A stretch of 32,000 nucleotides of DNA from Bdellovibrionales bacterium. GTDB lineage: Bacteria > Bdellovibrionota > Bdellovibrionia > Bdellovibrionales > UBA1609. Below the pieces are notes generated by a model, which was given only the letters and a program-made list of their open reading frames with translations, was not told where the DNA came from and searched no databases. The translations under genes were made by a program, and so were the position numbers. Location: contig OZ252021.1 in NCBI GenBank assembly GCA_965247685.1, positions 720,001 to 752,000 on the forward strand, given 5' to 3'. Shown here in pieces: positions 16,945 through 25,772 of this stretch. Every line of letters begins with the position of its first letter. Within the stretch, counting starts at the first letter, position 1.

Positions 16945-17537
16945 TGGGAGCCTTTTTTCAGCTGTAGTTTGTGGAGTATATCTTTGGTGGATTTTTCTAA
17001 ATCTTTTAAAGATTTAGAGTTTTCTACGACAAAGTGAACTTTGCTCTCATCATGTTGAGCCTGCGTGAACATACGTTTGAAAATTTGTTCTTCAGGAATG
17101 TTCATTCTTTTTTTCACCCTTTCGATTTTTAATTCTTTTGGACATGTGATGAGGATAATATAATTAAAATAGTAAAACATATCAGTTTCAAATAAAAGAG
17201 GTATTTCATAGAAAATCACTCTATCCCCTTGTTGTATAATTTTTTTTTCTTCTTCTTTGATGCATTGAAAAATGTAGGGATGAACAATATTTTCAAAAGA
17301 TTTTTTTAATAAAGGTTGAGAAAAAATTTTTTCAGCAATTTGCTTTGGATCTAAAATCAAATTGTTCGGAAAAAGTTTCAGAATGTCTGAATAGATGGGG
17401 GAGTTTTTAATCAAAGCCTTTTGAGCTTGCTGGTCGGCTGAAATAACTGGAAAACCCTGCTGTATGAGAATTTGACACATACTGGACTTTCCAGCTCCTA
17501 TTCCCCCTGTGATAGCTACTTTTGTTACATGAGACAT
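16932..17537 (-). CDS. coaE: dephospho-CoA kinase
   Basis: 201 aa with the N-terminal P-loop VAITGGIGAGKS and CoaE-like length and layout. It overlaps the addB start by 13 nt. Confidence 0.85.
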   Translation of the reverse strand: MSHVTKVAITGGIGAGKSSMCQILIQQGFPVISADQQAQKALIKNSPIYSDILKLFPNNLILDPKQIAEKIFSQPLLKKSFENIVHPYIFQCIKEEEKKIIQQGDRVIFYEIPLLFETDMFYYFNYIILITCPKELKIERVKKRMNIPEEQIFKRMFTQAQHDESKVHFVVENSKSLKDLEKSTKDILHKLQLKKGSHCSL

Positions 17538-17615
17538 ACTTTTCTGATTTTACTTAATTTTAGTCATTAAAAAACCGATATTTTCTAAGTAAAGAGCTTT
17601 TTATGGGGTTAGAGA

Positions 17616-19472
17616 GTGGATAATTTTAGAAAATTTGAAAAGTTTGGGAAATACACTCTTATTAAAAAGATAGCTGTAGGCGGCATGGCTGAACTCTTTT
17701 TGGTCAGAACGGAAAAAACGGCGGGGATTTCCCAATTCGTTGTCCTTAAGCGCATATTGCCTCAATTTTCTTCCAACAAAAAGTTTCGAGTCATGTTCAA
17801 AAATGAAGGTAAAATTGCCTCCCATCTCAAGCATTCCAATTTAGTCTATCATCATGAATTTGGTGTAGATCAAGGAATATATTTTATTGTCATGGAGTAT
17901 ATCTCAGGTGTGAGTTTAAAAGACTTTATGAAAAGGGTGTTAAAAACTGGAAAAAAGATTCCTATTCCTATTGTTGTCACTATCATACGTTCCATTGCTT
18001 CTACTCTTCACTATATCAATAATAGCATTAATCCTGAAACAGGGCAGCTTTTAAACCTTGTTCATCGTGATGTGACTCCTCATAACGTGATGATTGGTTT
18101 CAATGGAGATATCAAACTAATAGACTTTGGTATTGCCAAGGTCGAAGGTGTGGATCTCACCAGTGCAGGAGTCGTTAAGGGAAAATTTAGCTACATGAGC
18201 CCTGAGCAAATTTCAGGTTCAAAACTCTCTCATCGTTCTGACATTTTCTCGTTGGGTGTTGTGTTTTGGGAGCTTTTATCAGGAAGAAAGCTGTTCAATG
18301 GCCCTAATATTCAGTCCATTTTCCAAAAGATAAAAACGAGCAATATTCCTAGCGTGACTAAGTATCGTCCGGAGATTCATCCGGAGCTCAGTGGTATTTT
18401 AAGTCAAATGCTACGTAAAAATATTAGCACTCGATCCTCAGAGGCTGAGGGTGTGGAAAGGCAACTGAGTTTATTTTTAAATAAGCAGCATACTAATTTT
18501 TCTCATCTCGACTTTAGCGGTTTCATTAAAAAAATATACTACCAAGAAATTGAAAGAGAAAGAAAGTTTATAGTTAGTATTAATAAGGAATTAATGGAAA
18601 TCCAAAAGGAATACGGTACAACTAGTCGTTTTTTGGGGAAGACTATTACCTCAGAAAAGAGTAAAGAATCTGACGTTGGCATCTCCGACGTGAGAGTAAA
18701 AACAGAATCTAGTGATAATATTTCTAAAACAATTGAAACTAGAAAACAAAGTAAGACACGTGTAAGAACCAATCCTTTTAAAGCAGAGCCTACGGAAGTG
18801 AGCCCTAATGCTCCTTTATCTTATTCCAGAACTCAGATTTTTAAAAAGAATTTAGATGATGATTCTATCATAGTCAAACAGACTGATGATGAAGAACACA
18901 CTGTTGTCGATCGTTCTGAATCGCTTTTTAGTGATCTTATAGGTGTATATTCAGAAAGGAAAAAATTGGAGAGTAGAAAAAACCACACTTGGACTCTGAT
19001 CGCATTAATATTGATTGTTGGCTTTGTAGTGGTGTTATTCAAATATTCGCCTCGGGATATTATTCAAAATCTATCTCATAGAATAAATCAAACCAATCCA
19101 ATGAAGGTGGATTTTAATGATAGTTTGGACAGTGAACCTTTTACCTTGGACGAAGAAGAATCTTTGCATTTGGATGAGAAGACACAAGAATTTCCTGTCC
19201 CTGTCGAGGACGTGCAGGAGAAGACTTCTTCTCGCAATATTGCCAATTACGATTATTTTCGTATTTATGTAGATACGAATCCTTCTGGAGCTTTTGTTAA
19301 ACTAAATGGGCAAAAAATTAATAAGAAGACTCCAGTGTTCATTAATGTTCCTAATAAACCTGATAATGTTTTAGAAGTCGAACGTCTTGGTTATGAAACT
19401 TATCATATTGGTAATTTAAACTCTAGTAGTGAAGTGAAAATTAAATTAAAGAAATTAAAAAAAGAGAAATAA
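17616..19472 (+). CDS. Hanks-type Ser/Thr protein kinase with one TM helix and a C-terminal PEGA-like domain
   Basis: 618 aa. Kinase motifs are the G-loop IAVGGMAELF, VVLKRI, HRDVTPHNV, DFGIAK and YMSPEQ. It has the TM helix WTLIALILIVGFVVVLF. The C-terminus YVDTNPSGAFVKLNGQKINKKTPVFINVP...VERLGYE resembles a PEGA domain. GTG start. Confidence 0.85.
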   Translation: MDNFRKFEKFGKYTLIKKIAVGGMAELFLVRTEKTAGISQFVVLKRILPQFSSNKKFRVMFKNEGKIASHLKHSNLVYHHEFGVDQGIYFIVMEYISGVSLKDFMKRVLKTGKKIPIPIVVTIIRSIASTLHYINNSINPETGQLLNLVHRDVTPHNVMIGFNGDIKLIDFGIAKVEGVDLTSAGVVKGKFSYMSPEQISGSKLSHRSDIFSLGVVFWELLSGRKLFNGPNIQSIFQKIKTSNIPSVTKYRPEIHPELSGILSQMLRKNISTRSSEAEGVERQLSLFLNKQHTNFSHLDFSGFIKKIYYQEIERERKFIVSINKELMEIQKEYGTTSRFLGKTITSEKSKESDVGISDVRVKTESSDNISKTIETRKQSKTRVRTNPFKAEPTEVSPNAPLSYSRTQIFKKNLDDDSIIVKQTDDEEHTVVDRSESLFSDLIGVYSERKKLESRKNHTWTLIALILIVGFVVVLFKYSPRDIIQNLSHRINQTNPMKVDFNDSLDSEPFTLDEEESLHLDEKTQEFPVPVEDVQEKTSSRNIANYDYFRIYVDTNPSGAFVKLNGQKINKKTPVFINVPNKPDNVLEVERLGYETYHIGNLNSSSEVKIKLKKLKKEK

Positions 19473-19476
19473 AGGA

Positions 19477-19731
19477 ATGTTTTTGAAGCGAATCATTTTA
19501 TTGCCATTATTTTTTATTTCATGTACAGTCAGATCTCCACAGCCAAAAAATAATATATACCCACTTTTGGATGGCAAATGCGATTGGTTGAAAGAGCATT
19601 TTCCCGATGATAAGATCATTCATATTAGTAAAAGACTCATAGGCAATCAGCTGAAATGTGTTGTGGAATCTTATTTACAAGTTGAAGATCATGCCATCCC
19701 TATTGATGTGGTGGATGGTTCTGATGGATAA
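19477..19731 (+). CDS. small predicted lipoprotein, unknown function
   Basis: 84 aa. The signal peptide MFLKRIILLPLFFISC has a lipobox-like FISC. AAAGGA ribosome-binding site. It starts 4 nt after the kinase stop. Confidence 0.5.
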   Translation: MFLKRIILLPLFFISCTVRSPQPKNNIYPLLDGKCDWLKEHFPDDKIIHISKRLIGNQLKCVVESYLQVEDHAIPIDVVDGSDG

Positions 19732-19766
19732 AATTTTTCTACTTATTTGTTAATACGAATGAAACA

Positions 19767-19796
19767 TTGACAGCAGTTGTCACTCTTCTCTATATA
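19767..19796 (+). promoter_or_regulatory. candidate nadK promoter (TTGACA-18 nt-TATATA) overlapped by the perfect palindrome TGACA-GCAGT-TGTCA
   Basis: TTGACA at 19767-19772 and TATATA at 19791-19796. The palindrome is at 19768-19782. An AAGGAGG ribosome-binding site precedes the GTG at 19813. Confidence 0.4.
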
Positions 19797-19812
19797 GATA
19801 AGGAGGATAGCT

Positions 19813-20667
19813 GTGAGTAAAGTATTTAATAAAAAAATAAAAAAAATTTTAATTATCTATCGTGATCAGACTTTAAAATCACTCAGTCAGCAGGTTATTC
19901 GTTGGTTGGAAGATAAAAAAGTGCAAGTTCAGATTTTTTCTCAAAATTCTATAAAGACAAAAAAACTTAAAAATAAAAATTTCGATTTTATTTTGGTTCT
20001 AGGAGGAGATGGCACCTATCTTAGTGCTGTTCGGTTTATTCAGAATCAATCTATTCCTATTATGGGTGTGAACGCGGGTTCTTTAGGTTTTTTAACAGTG
20101 CATTCCAAAGAAAAAATTGATGAATGTTTAGAACAAGTTTTAAAAGGTAAAATGATTCTCAGTCAAAGATGCTTGCTGGATGTAACTGTGCAAGCCCAAG
20201 ACCATCCTTTTCGTGGATCAGCTTTAAATGATGTTGTGATTGAAAGAGGAGTGACGAGTCGACTTATTGATATTGGAATTTATCTCAATGATAAATGGAT
20301 GTACTCTCTTAAATCAGACGGACTGATTGTGTCTTCGGCTACAGGTTCTACAGCTTATAATTTAGCTGCAGGAGGTCCTATTCTTCATCCTTTAGTGGAG
20401 GCTTTTGTCGTGACTCCTATTTGTCCACACTTGTTGACTCATCGTCCAGTTTTATTTCCAGATGATCAAGTCCTTAAGTTAAAAATTGAAAATGCAGCTC
20501 AAGGAGCTATATTGACTGTGGATGGAAGAAAACAAAGTAAACTATCAAAGTCTTCTTGTGTCATTATTAAAAAGTCTATAAAAGTTCACCAATCATTGAG
20601 AACAAGAAGTCATAGTGAATTTATCTTTTTGCAGGATAAACTTCAGTTTTTTAAAAGATCAAGGTAA
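19813..20667 (+). CDS. nadK: NAD+ kinase
   Basis: 284 aa with LVLGGDGTYLSA, GVNAGSLGFL and SSATGSTAYNLAAGGPI, all typical of NadK/PpnK. GTG start with a strong Shine-Dalgarno sequence. Confidence 0.88.
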   Translation: MSKVFNKKIKKILIIYRDQTLKSLSQQVIRWLEDKKVQVQIFSQNSIKTKKLKNKNFDFILVLGGDGTYLSAVRFIQNQSIPIMGVNAGSLGFLTVHSKEKIDECLEQVLKGKMILSQRCLLDVTVQAQDHPFRGSALNDVVIERGVTSRLIDIGIYLNDKWMYSLKSDGLIVSSATGSTAYNLAAGGPILHPLVEAFVVTPICPHLLTHRPVLFPDDQVLKLKIENAAQGAILTVDGRKQSKLSKSSCVIIKKSIKVHQSLRTRSHSEFIFLQDKLQFFKRSR

Positions 20668-20675
20668 ACTTAAGT

Positions 20676-23075
20676 ATGGCTTTTTTCTGCCTTCTGTTTT
20701 TTTTGGGTGTCACTGTTCTAACAATTGTTGAGGCCCCTTTAATTTTGTGGGTTTTTTTCTTATTTAGTCTATTAGTTTATCATTCCGCTCAAATCATCTA
20801 CTTTGGTTTATTATTTTTATTTGTTCTGTTTGTTGTTATTCGTCCTGTGCGTCGTTTTTTCCTAACTCGACCATTAATGTGGTTTATTAAAAAATTCAAT
20901 ATTTTTCCAAGAGTATCTGCTACTGAAAAAATAGCTTTAGAAGCTGGAAAAACTTGGGTGGAAAAAGAGTTTTTTTCAGGAAAACCAAATTTTAAAAAAT
21001 TAATCAACCCACCACCACCTCAACTTTCAGAAGAAGAGCAAAACTTTATCAATAGTGAAGTTCAAACTCTATGCCGTATGATTGATGATTGGAGTATTTA
21101 TAAAAACCGAGAGATTCCTGTTGATGTAAAAAACTATGTTAAAGAAAATAAATTCTTAGGAATTAGTATTCCTAAATCTTTTGGAGGTTTAGGTTTCTCG
21201 CACTACGCACATAGTCGTATTTTAGAGATGGTATGCTCCCGTTCCTATGCTGTAGGTATTTACATCATGGTTCCGAACTCTTTAGGACCAGGGGAGCTTT
21301 TGCTTCACTACGGTACAGAAAAGCAAAAGGAATATTACTTACCTCGTTTAGCTTTAGGTCAGGAGATCCCTTGTTTTGGACTAACTGAACCGGCTGCAGG
21401 GAGTGATGCATCTTCTATTAGTTCCAATGGAGTTTTGTTTAAAGATGATCAAGGAGAGTTAAAAATTAAACTCAACTGGAATAAGAGATGGATTACTTTA
21501 GCTCCGCAGTCAACTTTGTTAGGCATTGCTTTTCAACTTGAAGATCCTGAAGAGTATTTAGGGCAAGGGACTCACATAGGGATTACCTGTGCTTTAGTTC
21601 CTGCTCACCTTGAAGGCGTGAAGATAGGGGAGCGTCATGATCCAATGAGTATTCCTTTTCCAAATGGTCCTACCCAAGGAGAAAATGTCATTATTTCTGC
21701 CGAAGATCATATTATTGGTGGCATAGAAAAGGCAGGTTCAGGTTGGCAAATGCTCATGGATTGTTTGGGTACAGGGAGGGGAATCAGTCTGCCTTCTTCT
21801 AGTTTGGCTTCTGCAAAGTTGCTCACACGTGTTACTTCTCAATATTCTGTAGTTCGGCAGCAATTCGGATTATCTATTGGTAAATTTGAAGGAGTGGCTG
21901 AAAAATTAAGTGAGATGGGAGGGTGGACTTTTATTTCACATTCTGTATTAAACTACACATTGAGTGCATTGACTCGTCGTATTCCTTCTGCTCTATGTTC
22001 TGCAATTTCAAAGTATCAACTGACGGAGCTTTCTAGAAAAGTTATTTCTAATGGGATGGATATTTTAGCAGGTGCAGGGCTTTCTATGGGGCCTCGTAAT
22101 GTGTCTGCTTTATCTTATATTGGTGCTCCAATTGCCATTACAGTGGAGGGAGCGAATATACTCACTCGTTCTTTTATTATTTTTGGACAAGGATTTTTAA
22201 GAGCGCATCCTTATGCTTATAAGGAAGTTAAAGCTTTTGAAGAAGGTAATATTTTAAAATTTGATCAATATTTTTGGTCTCATATTGGGCATGTAGTTAA
22301 AAATATTATTCGACTCATCTATCTCAGCCTCACTCGTGGGTTATTGATTTTTGTACCTGTTTGGAGAGGGCGGGGAACTAGAATGTGGCAAAAAATAGCT
22401 TGGGCATCTTCTGTATTGGCTGTTTTATCTGAATTTGCTTCCATTGCTTTTGGAGGAAAATTAAAAATCAAAGAGAAACTCACTGGTCGCTTTGCGGATG
22501 CTTTGATGGGGCTTTATATGGCCAGTGCTATTTTGTGGCACTGGAAATCTCATAATAAGAGTCAAGAGCTCTGGCCTTTTGTGAAGTGGGGAGTGAGTTA
22601 TTCGCTTCATCAAGTTCAAAAATCTTTTGAGGGTATTTTATATAATTTTAATCACCCTGTTTTATATTTTGTTTTTAAAAATATATTATTCCATATCTTT
22701 CGTTTCAATGCGATAGACTCTGGCCCTTCAGATCATTTATCGAATCAGATTTCTAAAAAGTTATTAGAAAATTCTGATGTACTCAACCAGCTCACAGAAG
22801 GAATTTATTTTGCAGATTCAGAACCTAATTCTCATTGGAATCAGATGGGGCGATGTTACAATTTAGCTTTGCAGGCAGTTCCTATCGAGAAAAAGATAAA
22901 ACTAGCCATCAATAAAAAACAATTAAAGAAAAAACGTATCCCTCTCATCAAAGATCAAGCTCTCAGTCAGGGAGTGATTACCACTGAAGAACATAAACTT
23001 TTATCTGACTTAGAGGATTTAAGATGGAAAGTGATTCAGGTGGATTCTTTTTCTCCAGAAGAGTACTCCCATTAA
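20676..23075 (+). CDS. fadE: large membrane-associated acyl-CoA dehydrogenase (FadE type)
   Basis: 799 aa, comparable to E. coli FadE. It has a hydrophobic N-terminal segment followed by SATEKIALEAG, acyl-CoA dehydrogenase motifs GLTEPAAGSDASS and ITVEGANILTRS, and a long C-terminal extension. Confidence 0.85.
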   Translation: MAFFCLLFFLGVTVLTIVEAPLILWVFFLFSLLVYHSAQIIYFGLLFLFVLFVVIRPVRRFFLTRPLMWFIKKFNIFPRVSATEKIALEAGKTWVEKEFFSGKPNFKKLINPPPPQLSEEEQNFINSEVQTLCRMIDDWSIYKNREIPVDVKNYVKENKFLGISIPKSFGGLGFSHYAHSRILEMVCSRSYAVGIYIMVPNSLGPGELLLHYGTEKQKEYYLPRLALGQEIPCFGLTEPAAGSDASSISSNGVLFKDDQGELKIKLNWNKRWITLAPQSTLLGIAFQLEDPEEYLGQGTHIGITCALVPAHLEGVKIGERHDPMSIPFPNGPTQGENVIISAEDHIIGGIEKAGSGWQMLMDCLGTGRGISLPSSSLASAKLLTRVTSQYSVVRQQFGLSIGKFEGVAEKLSEMGGWTFISHSVLNYTLSALTRRIPSALCSAISKYQLTELSRKVISNGMDILAGAGLSMGPRNVSALSYIGAPIAITVEGANILTRSFIIFGQGFLRAHPYAYKEVKAFEEGNILKFDQYFWSHIGHVVKNIIRLIYLSLTRGLLIFVPVWRGRGTRMWQKIAWASSVLAVLSEFASIAFGGKLKIKEKLTGRFADALMGLYMASAILWHWKSHNKSQELWPFVKWGVSYSLHQVQKSFEGILYNFNHPVLYFVFKNILFHIFRFNAIDSGPSDHLSNQISKKLLENSDVLNQLTEGIYFADSEPNSHWNQMGRCYNLALQAVPIEKKIKLAINKKQLKKKRIPLIKDQALSQGVITTEEHKLLSDLEDLRWKVIQVDSFSPEEYSH

Positions 23076-23086
23076 ATTCAATCCTT

Positions 23087-23695
23087 TTAAGGGTAAAGAC
23101 GTGTGACTTTCCACTGGCGATCATCAAAAGAGTGAAATAAGAAACGATCATGCAAACGATTGGTATCTCCTTTCCAGAATTCTATCTGGTGAATAATTAG
23201 GTGGTATCCTTTCCAATGTTCAGGACATGGAATATCTTTTCCTTCAAAATGTTTTTGAGCTTCTCGAACTTTTTGATTTAAAAATTCCCGACTTAAAACT
23301 TCCTGGGATTGCTTGGAAATCCACTGATGGATTTGTTTCTTTCGAGGGCGTGATTTCCAATACTCTAAAGTTTCTTTTATAGAGATTTGTTTTGCTTCTC
23401 CTTGAATATTAATTTGTCGATAAAGAGGATCCCAGTAAAAATGAGCTGCACATTGAGGGTTACTCTTTAAATTTTCTCCTTTTTGGCTTTTTTCATTGGT
23501 ATAAAAAATAATACCTCTTTCAGTAATTTTTTTAGCTAATAAAACACGGCTGGAAGGGATGCTTTGGGTGTTTACAGTAGACAGGGAAAAAGCCGTAGGC
23601 TCTGAAATATCAGGTTGCGATTGAGCTTCACTGATCCATTGATTTAAAATTTCAATAGGATTAAGAGAGCCTAAATATTGAATCACTTCATTCAT
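23087..23695 (-). CDS. pdxH: pyridoxamine 5'-phosphate oxidase
   Basis: 202 aa with PSSRVLLAK, the FYTN...S.KG region and the C-terminal IEFWKGDTNRLHDRF...RLYP signature of PdxH. Confidence 0.85.
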   Translation of the reverse strand: MNEVIQYLGSLNPIEILNQWISEAQSQPDISEPTAFSLSTVNTQSIPSSRVLLAKKITERGIIFYTNEKSQKGENLKSNPQCAAHFYWDPLYRQINIQGEAKQISIKETLEYWKSRPRKKQIHQWISKQSQEVLSREFLNQKVREAQKHFEGKDIPCPEHWKGYHLIIHQIEFWKGDTNRLHDRFLFHSFDDRQWKVTRLYP

Positions 23696-23753
23696 ACATT
23701 CACTGAATTATCCATAATCAGCAAAAAAGGACAACCTTAAAATTTAAAATTCA

Positions 23754-23782
23754 TTGTCTCACCCGCTCATTTGAGTTATATC
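23754..23782 (+). promoter_or_regulatory. candidate rny promoter (TTGTCT-17 nt-TATATC) ending 7 nt before the rny ATG
   Basis: TTGTCT at 23754-23759, a 17-nt spacer and TATATC at 23777-23782, with the ATG at 23790. There is no Shine-Dalgarno-like purine run in between. Confidence 0.35.
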
Positions 23783-23789
23783 TCGGGTT

Positions 23790-25346
23790 ATGTTCTTTCT
23801 ATTTTCTATCCTAGGGTTTTTAGGGGCATTTTTTGGTTTATTCCTGTTGGATTTTATATCTCGCAAACAAGAGATTCGGAAAGCTCGAATCACGGCTCAA
23901 GAGCTTATTAATGCTGAAAAAGAACAAGAAAAATTACTCCAACAGCAAACTCAGGTAAAGATTCAAGAGTACGATGTTCATTTATTAAAAAAAGATCGAG
24001 AAAAGATTAAAAATATAAAAGAACAAAATAGAAAAATGCAAAGTTCTATTGATAAGATAGGATATAGAAAGAAGATGGAGCTCAAGTCTGTTCAAGATCG
24101 ATTGGATAGAATGAAGCAAAATTTAGATACAGCAAAAAAAAAGAGTGTTCAACCTGTTGATATTTCAGATCAACTCCATCAAATTAATCAAAAATATAAA
24201 GAACAGCTTAAAAAGTATTCTACTTTTAAATGGCAGAACTATGTCGAGCAATTAGAGTCTCAGCTTTTACAAGAAGCCAAAGATAGAACCTATAGTATAG
24301 CCCAATATGTGACAGATACTTTCCAAAAGGACTTGGAAAGAAATACTCGTTTTATTTTAGAATGCGTTTTAAATCGATTTCGTAAATCGAGTTGTCATGA
24401 AAGAGGCATTCAATCTGTTCAGTTTAAAAATAAAAATATTTTTCGCACAGTAAGAGGTCGCGAAGATCAGTACATTAACGAGATTGAAAAACACTGCGGA
24501 GTAGACATTGTCTTAGATGAAAATAATTTAAATCTTACCGTTCAAGGGCTTGATTCTGTGCGAAGAGAATGGGGAAGATTAGTTTTGGAAAGACTTAAAA
24601 GAAAAAAAAGAATCAACTCCTCTATTATTTCAAGTGTGATTGCACAATTTAAGAAGGAATTATTTAAAAAGATTAGCAAAGATGGTTCTCGAATTTGTCA
24701 TGATTTGAGATTGTTTCGTATTTCAGAAGAAGTGCGCAATATGCTAGGAGCTTTAAGGTATCGTTATTCTTTTGCTCAAAATCAGCATTTTCATTGTGAA
24801 GAAGTGGGTTATTTGTGCGGTCTTTTGCAGGCGGAATTTAATACATCCATAGAAGATGGAAGAAGAGCAGGGTTATTCCATGATGTTGGAAAAGCTATGG
24901 ATCATGCTCAAGCAGGAGGACATGCTGTTATTGGTGCGGACTTTATTCAAAAACATGGAGAAAAAGATCATATTGTCTATGCTGTAAGAGGACACCACCA
25001 TGATGTCCCCCCTACAAATAATTTAGATTTTTTTGTGATTGCAGCTGATGCAATCTCAGGCTCTCGGCCAGGAGCTCGTCGTTCCACAGTAGATGCCTTT
25101 GAACAAAAAGTTTTAAGTTTAGAAAAAATTGGTAAAAGCTTTAAAGAAGTTCAAAATCTTTATGTTATGAATGGAGGTCGAGAGCTTAGAGTTATTGTCA
25201 ATCATAAAAAAGTTAATGATGAACAAGCTTTGAACATAAGTAAAAAGATTGCACATAGAATTGAAGAGGAATGCTCCTATCCAGGGTGGATAAAGGTCAC
25301 TGTAGTGAGGAAAGTAGAAAACAGTCAACAAACTCGAGTGGGTTGA
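23790..25346 (+). CDS. rny: ribonuclease Y (membrane-anchored KH + HD domain endoribonuclease)
   Basis: 518 aa. It has an N-terminal TM helix, a long coiled-coil region, a KH-like segment (IEKHCGVDIVLDE) and the HD-domain motifs GLFHDVGKA and VRGHHHD, with the C-terminus VTVVR typical of RNase Y. Confidence 0.9.
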   Translation: MFFLFSILGFLGAFFGLFLLDFISRKQEIRKARITAQELINAEKEQEKLLQQQTQVKIQEYDVHLLKKDREKIKNIKEQNRKMQSSIDKIGYRKKMELKSVQDRLDRMKQNLDTAKKKSVQPVDISDQLHQINQKYKEQLKKYSTFKWQNYVEQLESQLLQEAKDRTYSIAQYVTDTFQKDLERNTRFILECVLNRFRKSSCHERGIQSVQFKNKNIFRTVRGREDQYINEIEKHCGVDIVLDENNLNLTVQGLDSVRREWGRLVLERLKRKKRINSSIISSVIAQFKKELFKKISKDGSRICHDLRLFRISEEVRNMLGALRYRYSFAQNQHFHCEEVGYLCGLLQAEFNTSIEDGRRAGLFHDVGKAMDHAQAGGHAVIGADFIQKHGEKDHIVYAVRGHHHDVPPTNNLDFFVIAADAISGSRPGARRSTVDAFEQKVLSLEKIGKSFKEVQNLYVMNGGRELRVIVNHKKVNDEQALNISKKIAHRIEEECSYPGWIKVTVVRKVENSQQTRVG

Positions 25347-25669
25347 TGAGTGTTTGTGGTTTTGTATACAGCACTGTTTCTAATTTAAAGGAAGCAGAGT
25401 CTATTGCTCAAATTTTAGTTCAAAAAAGACTTGTCGCTTGTGTAAATATTATACCTCAGGTGGTTTCTTATTATGAGAATCAAGGTCAAATAGAAAGGCA
25501 TAAAGAAGTATCTTTGATATTGAAAACTCAAGAGAATCTTTTTTTAGAGGTTCAAGAAGAAATTAAAAAAATACACCCTTATGACTGCCCTTGTATCGTA
25601 TTTGTTCCTTTTGAGAAGGGGAATCCTGACTTTTTGAATTGGATACAAAAAAACTTGTTAAATAAGTAG
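25346..25669 (+). CDS. cutA: divalent-cation tolerance protein CutA
   Basis: The ~107-aa CutA fold reads MSVCGFVYSTVSN...LVACVNIIPQVVSYYENQGQIERHKEVSLILKT...HPYDCPCIV. The ATG at 25346 overlaps the rny TGA as TGATG. The longer track ORF starting at 25271 lies inside rny and is unlikely to be real. Confidence 0.8.
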   Translation: MSVCGFVYSTVSNLKEAESIAQILVQKRLVACVNIIPQVVSYYENQGQIERHKEVSLILKTQENLFLEVQEEIKKIHPYDCPCIVFVPFEKGNPDFLNWIQKNLLNK

Positions 25670-25772
25670 AGTATAACATATTGTTGAAGATCTAAATTCT
25701 TTCTCCTCTTTTTATTGCCTTTTTGTTAATATTTTTGTTGAGAAAAAAAAATAATTCATTCAGAATATAGAT

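Noticed and set aside
25271-25345. N-terminal 25-aa extension of the cutA ORF in the track (start at 25271).
   Set aside because: The extension lies entirely within the 3' end of rny in another frame and has no counterpart in CutA proteins. The ATG at 25346 gives a canonical ~107-aa CutA and a TGATG stop/start overlap.
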